Origin: Macrostomum lignano
Taxonomy: Eukaryota
DNA length: 64,000 bases
Direction of reading: 5' to 3'
NCBI GenBank assembly: GCA_002269645.1
Contig: NIVC01000012.1
Coordinates: forward strand, 186,001 to 250,000
A program made the translations under genes and the position numbers. Shown piece after piece: positions 59,211-64,000 of the stretch. Below the pieces are notes generated by a model that was not told where the DNA came from, did no database searches, and was given only the letters and a program-made list of their open reading frames with translations. Positions within the stretch are counted from its first letter, which is position 1; each line of letters starts with the position of its first letter.

Positions 59211-62200
59211 AGGACAGACACTAGGACAGACACAAGGACAGAAACTAGCACAGACACTAGGAAAGATACTGGGACAGACACTGGGACAGACACCGGTACA
59301 GACACTGGGACAGACACTGGGACAGACACTAGGACAGACACCAGGACAGACACTAAGACAGACACTAGGACAGAAACTAGAACAGACACTGAGACAGACA
59401 CTGAGACAGACACAAGGACAGAAACTAGAACAGACACTGAGACAGACACTGAGACAGACACTAGGACAGACACTAGGACAGACACTAGAACAGACACTAA
59501 GACAGACACTAAGACAGACACTAAGACAGACACTAGGACAGACACTAGAACAGACACTGAGACAGACACTAAGACAGACACTAAGACAGACACTAGCACA
59601 GACACCGAAACAGACACTGAGACAGATACTGAGACAGACACTAGGACAGACACTAGGACAGACACTAGAACAGACACTGGGACAGACACCAGGACAGACA
59701 CTAAGACAGACACCAGGAGAGACACTAGGACAGACACTAAGAGAGACACTAAGAGAGACACTGAGACAGACACTGAGACAGACACTGAGACAGACACTGA
59801 GACAGACACTGAGACAGACACTGAGACAGACACTAGGACAGGCACCGAAACAGACACTGAGACAGACACTGAGACGGACACTAGGACAGGCACCGAAACA
59901 GACACTGAGACAGACACTGAGACAGACACTAGGACAGACACTAGGACAGAAACTAGAACAGACACTGGGACAGACACCAGGACAGACACTAAGACAGACA
60001 CTAGGACAGACACTGATACAGACACTAGAACAGACACTAAAATAGACACTAGGACAGACACTAGGAAAGACACTAGCACAGACACTAGGACAGACACCGG
60101 GACAGACACTGGGACAGACACAAGGACAGACACTAGCACAGACACTAGGACAGACACTGGGACAGACACTAGCACAGACACTAGGAAAGATACTGGGACA
60201 GACACTAGGACCGACACCGGGACAGACACTAGCACAGACACTAGGACAGACACTAGGACAGACACCAGGACAGACACTAGCACATACACTAGGAAAGATA
60301 CTGGGACAGACACAGGGACAGAAACTGGGACAGACACTAGAACAGACACTAAGACAGACACTAGGACAGACACGAGGACAGACACTAGCACAGACACCGA
60401 AACAGACACTAAGACAGACACTGAGACAGACACTAGGACAGACACCAGGACAGACACTGAGACAGACACTAAGACAGACACCACGACAGACACTAAGACA
60501 GACACCAGGACAGACACTAGGACAGACACCAGGACAGACACCAGGACAGACACCAGGACAGACACCAGGACAGACACTAGGACAGACACTAGGACAGACA
60601 CCAGGACAGACACCAGGACAGACACCAGGACAGACACCAGGACAGACACTAGGACAGACACCAGGACAGACACTAGGAGAGACACCAGGACAGACACTAG
60701 GACAGATACCAGGACAGACACCAGGACAGACACCAGGACAGGCACCAGGACAGACACTAGGACAGACACCAGGACAGACACTAGGACAGACACCAGGACA
60801 GACACCAGGACAGGCACCAGGACAGACACTGAGACAGACACCAGGACAGACACTAGGACAGACACGAGGACAGACACTAGCACAGACACTAGGAAAGATA
60901 CTGGGACAGACACTAGGACCGACACCGGGACAGACACTAGCACAGACACTAGGACAGACACTAGGACAGACACCAGGACAGACACTAGCACAGACACTAG
61001 GAAAGATACTGGAACAGACACAGGGACAGACACTGGGACAGACACTAGAACAGACACTAGGACAGACACTAGGACAGACACGAGGACAGACACTAGCACA
61101 GACTCTAGGAAAGACACTGGGACAGACACCAGGACAGACACTAGGACAGACAGTAGGACAGACACCAGGACAGACACTAGGACAGACACTTGGACAGACA
61201 CTAGGACAGACACCAGGACAGACACTGAGACAGACACTAGGACAGAAACTAGGACAGACACTAGGACAGACACTAGTACAGACACCAGGACAGACACTAA
61301 GACAGACACTAGGACAGACACTGATACAGACACTAGAACAGACACTAAAATAGACACTACGACAGACACTAGGACAGACACTAGCACAGACACTAGGACA
61401 GACACCGGGACAGACACTGGGACAGACACAAGGACAGACACTAGCACAGACACTAGGACAGACACTGGGACAGACACTAGCACAGACACTAGGAAAGATA
61501 CTGGGACAGACACTAGGACCGACACCGGGACAGACACTAGCTCAGACACTAGGACAGACACTAGGACAGACACCAGGACAGACACTAGCACAGACACTAG
61601 GAAAGATACTGGGACAGACACAGGGACAGAAACTGGGACAGACACTAGAACAGACACTAGGACAGACACTAGCACAGACACCGAAACAGACACTGAGACA
61701 GACACTGAGACAGACACTAGGACAGACACCAGGACAGACACTGAGACAGACACTAAGACAGACACCACGACAGACACTAAGACAGACACCAGGACAGACA
61801 CTAGGACAGACACTAGTACAGACACCAGGACAGACACTAGGACAGACACTAGGACAGACACTAGGACAGACACTAGTACAGACACCAGAACAGACACTAG
61901 GACAGACACCAGGACAGACACTAGGACAGACACTAGGTCAGACACCAGGACAGACACTAGCACAGACACCGAAACAGACACTGAGACAGACACTGAGACA
62001 GACACTAGGACAGACACCAGGACAGACACTGAGACAGACACTAAGACAGACACTAGGACAGACACTAGAACAGACACTGAGACAGACACTAAGACAGACA
62101 CTAAGACAGACACTAGCACAGACACCGAAACAGACACTGAGACAGATACTGAGACAGACACTAGGACAGACACTAGGACAGACACTAGAACAGACACTGG

Positions 62201-64000
62201 GACAGACACCAGGACAGACACTAAGACAGACACTGAGACAGACACTAGGACAGACACCAGGACAGACACTAAGACAGACACTGAGACAGACACTGAGACA
62301 GACACTAGGACAGACACCAGGACAGACACTGAGACAGACAATAAGACAGACACCAGGACAGACACCAGGACAGACACTAGGACAGACACTAAGACAGACA
62401 CTAAGACAGACACCAGGACAGACACCAGGACAGACACCAGGACAGACACTAAGACAGAAACTAAGACAGACACCAGGACAGACACCAGGACAGACACTGA
62501 GACAGACACTAAGACAGACACCAGGACAGACACTAGGACAGACACCAGGACAGACACCAGGACAGACACCAGGACAGACACTAGGACAGACACTAGGACA
62601 GACACCAGGACAGACACCAGGACAGACACCAGGACAGACACCAGGACAGACACTAGGACAGACACCAGGACAGACACTAGGAGAGACACCAGGACAGACA
62701 CTAGGACAGACACCAGGACAGACACCAGGACAGACACCAGGACAGACACCAGGACAGACACTAGGACAGACACCAGGACAGACACTAGGACAGACACCAG
62801 GACAGACACCAGGACAGACACCAGGACAGACACTGAGACAGACACCAGGACAGACACTAGGACAGACACGAGGACAGACACTAGCACAGACACTAGGAAA
62901 GATACTGGGACAGACACTAGGACCGACACCGGGACAGACACTAGGACAGACACTAGGACAGACACTAGGACAGACACCAGGACAGACACTAGCACAGACA
63001 CTAGGAAAGATACTGGAACAGACACAGGGACAGACACTGGGACAGACACCAGGACAGACACTAGGACAGACAGTAGGACAGACACCAGGACAGACACTAG
63101 GACAGACACTTGGACAGACACTAGGACAGACACTGAGACAGACAATAAGACAGACACCAGGACAGACACTGAGACAGACACTAAGACAGACACCAGGACA
63201 GACACTAAGACAGACACCAGGACAGACACTAGGACAGACACCAGGACAGACACTAGGACAGACACTAGGACAGACACCAGGACAGACACTGAGACAGACA
63301 CTAAGGCAGACACCAGGACAGACACTAAGACAGACACTGAGACAGACACTGAGACAGACACTAGGACAGACACCAGGACAGACACTGAGACAGACACTAG
63401 GACAGAAACTAGGACAGACACTAGGACAGACACTAGTACAGACACCAGGACAGACACTAGGACAGACACCAGGACAGACACTGAGACAGACACTAAGACA
63501 GACACCAGGACAGACACTAAGACAGACACTAAGACAGACACCAGGACAGACACTAAGACAGACACCAGGACAGACACTGAGACAGACACTAAGACAGACA
63601 CCAGGACAGACACTAGGACAGACACCAGGACAGACACCAGGACAGACACCAGGACAGACACTAGGACAGACACTAGGACAGACACTAAGTCAGACACCAG
63701 GACAGACACCAGGACAGACACTGAGACAGACACTAAGACAGAAACCAGGACAGACACTAGGACAGACACCAGGACAGACACCAGGACAGACACCAGGACA
63801 GACACTAGGACAGACACTAGGACAGACACCAGGACAGACACCAGGACAGACACCAGGACAGACACTAGGACAGACACCAGGACAGACACCAGGACAGACA
63901 CTAGGACAGACACCAGGACAGACACTAGGACAGACAACAGGACAGACACTAGGACAGACACCAGGACAGACACCAGGACAGACACTAGGACAGACACCAG
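59211..64000 (+). repeat. 12-bp minisatellite GACAGACAC(T/C)(A/G)(G/A), over 4.7 kb, running off the window end inside a hemicentin intron
   Basis: About 400 direct units; source of the 1601-aa SV-repeat artefact ORF. Confidence 0.95.

Noticed and set aside
59140-63997. 1601-aa SV-repeat and 301-aa QTL-repeat ORFs
   Set aside because: Translations of the 12-bp intronic satellite, with no splice or protein-family support.

Overview
Eukaryotic, intron-rich animal genomic DNA. GC-rich exons with Q/A/S low-complexity runs and introns full of 12-25-bp minisatellites suggest a Macrostomum-like flatworm (inference only). Genes, left to right: (1) a 2-exon coiled-coil/polyQ gene on - (2103-4776, possibly ADIP/SSX2IP-like); (2) a small secreted WSC-domain gene on + with a duplicated exon carrying a nonsense change; (3) a complete 6-exon NDRG-family gene on + (25886-34201, 360 aa); (4) the 3' 20 exons of a hemicentin on - (36458-59035; 2479 aa visible: 20 Ig, 1 TSP1, EGF repeats, fibulin C-terminus; the 5' VWA part lies beyond the window); (5) an intronless C-type-lectin gene nested antisense in a hemicentin intron. 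Repeats include three copies of a tRNA-headed SINE (two with TSDs), a TIR MITE family (one copy carries a BEL/Pao pol-like fragment), a Sola-like element with a 4-bp TSD, a foldback, a decayed FLYWCH-MULE, a decayed mariner, and over 15 different tandem arrays. The most striking signal is a ~9-kb transposon island (about 16.1-25.1 kb) that is almost free of CpG. There, conserved transposase codons are altered by C:G>T:A transitions on both strands, including CpA/TpG>TpA and CpG>TpA, which resembles fungal RIP. All alignments and counts were done by eye; no database searches were run.
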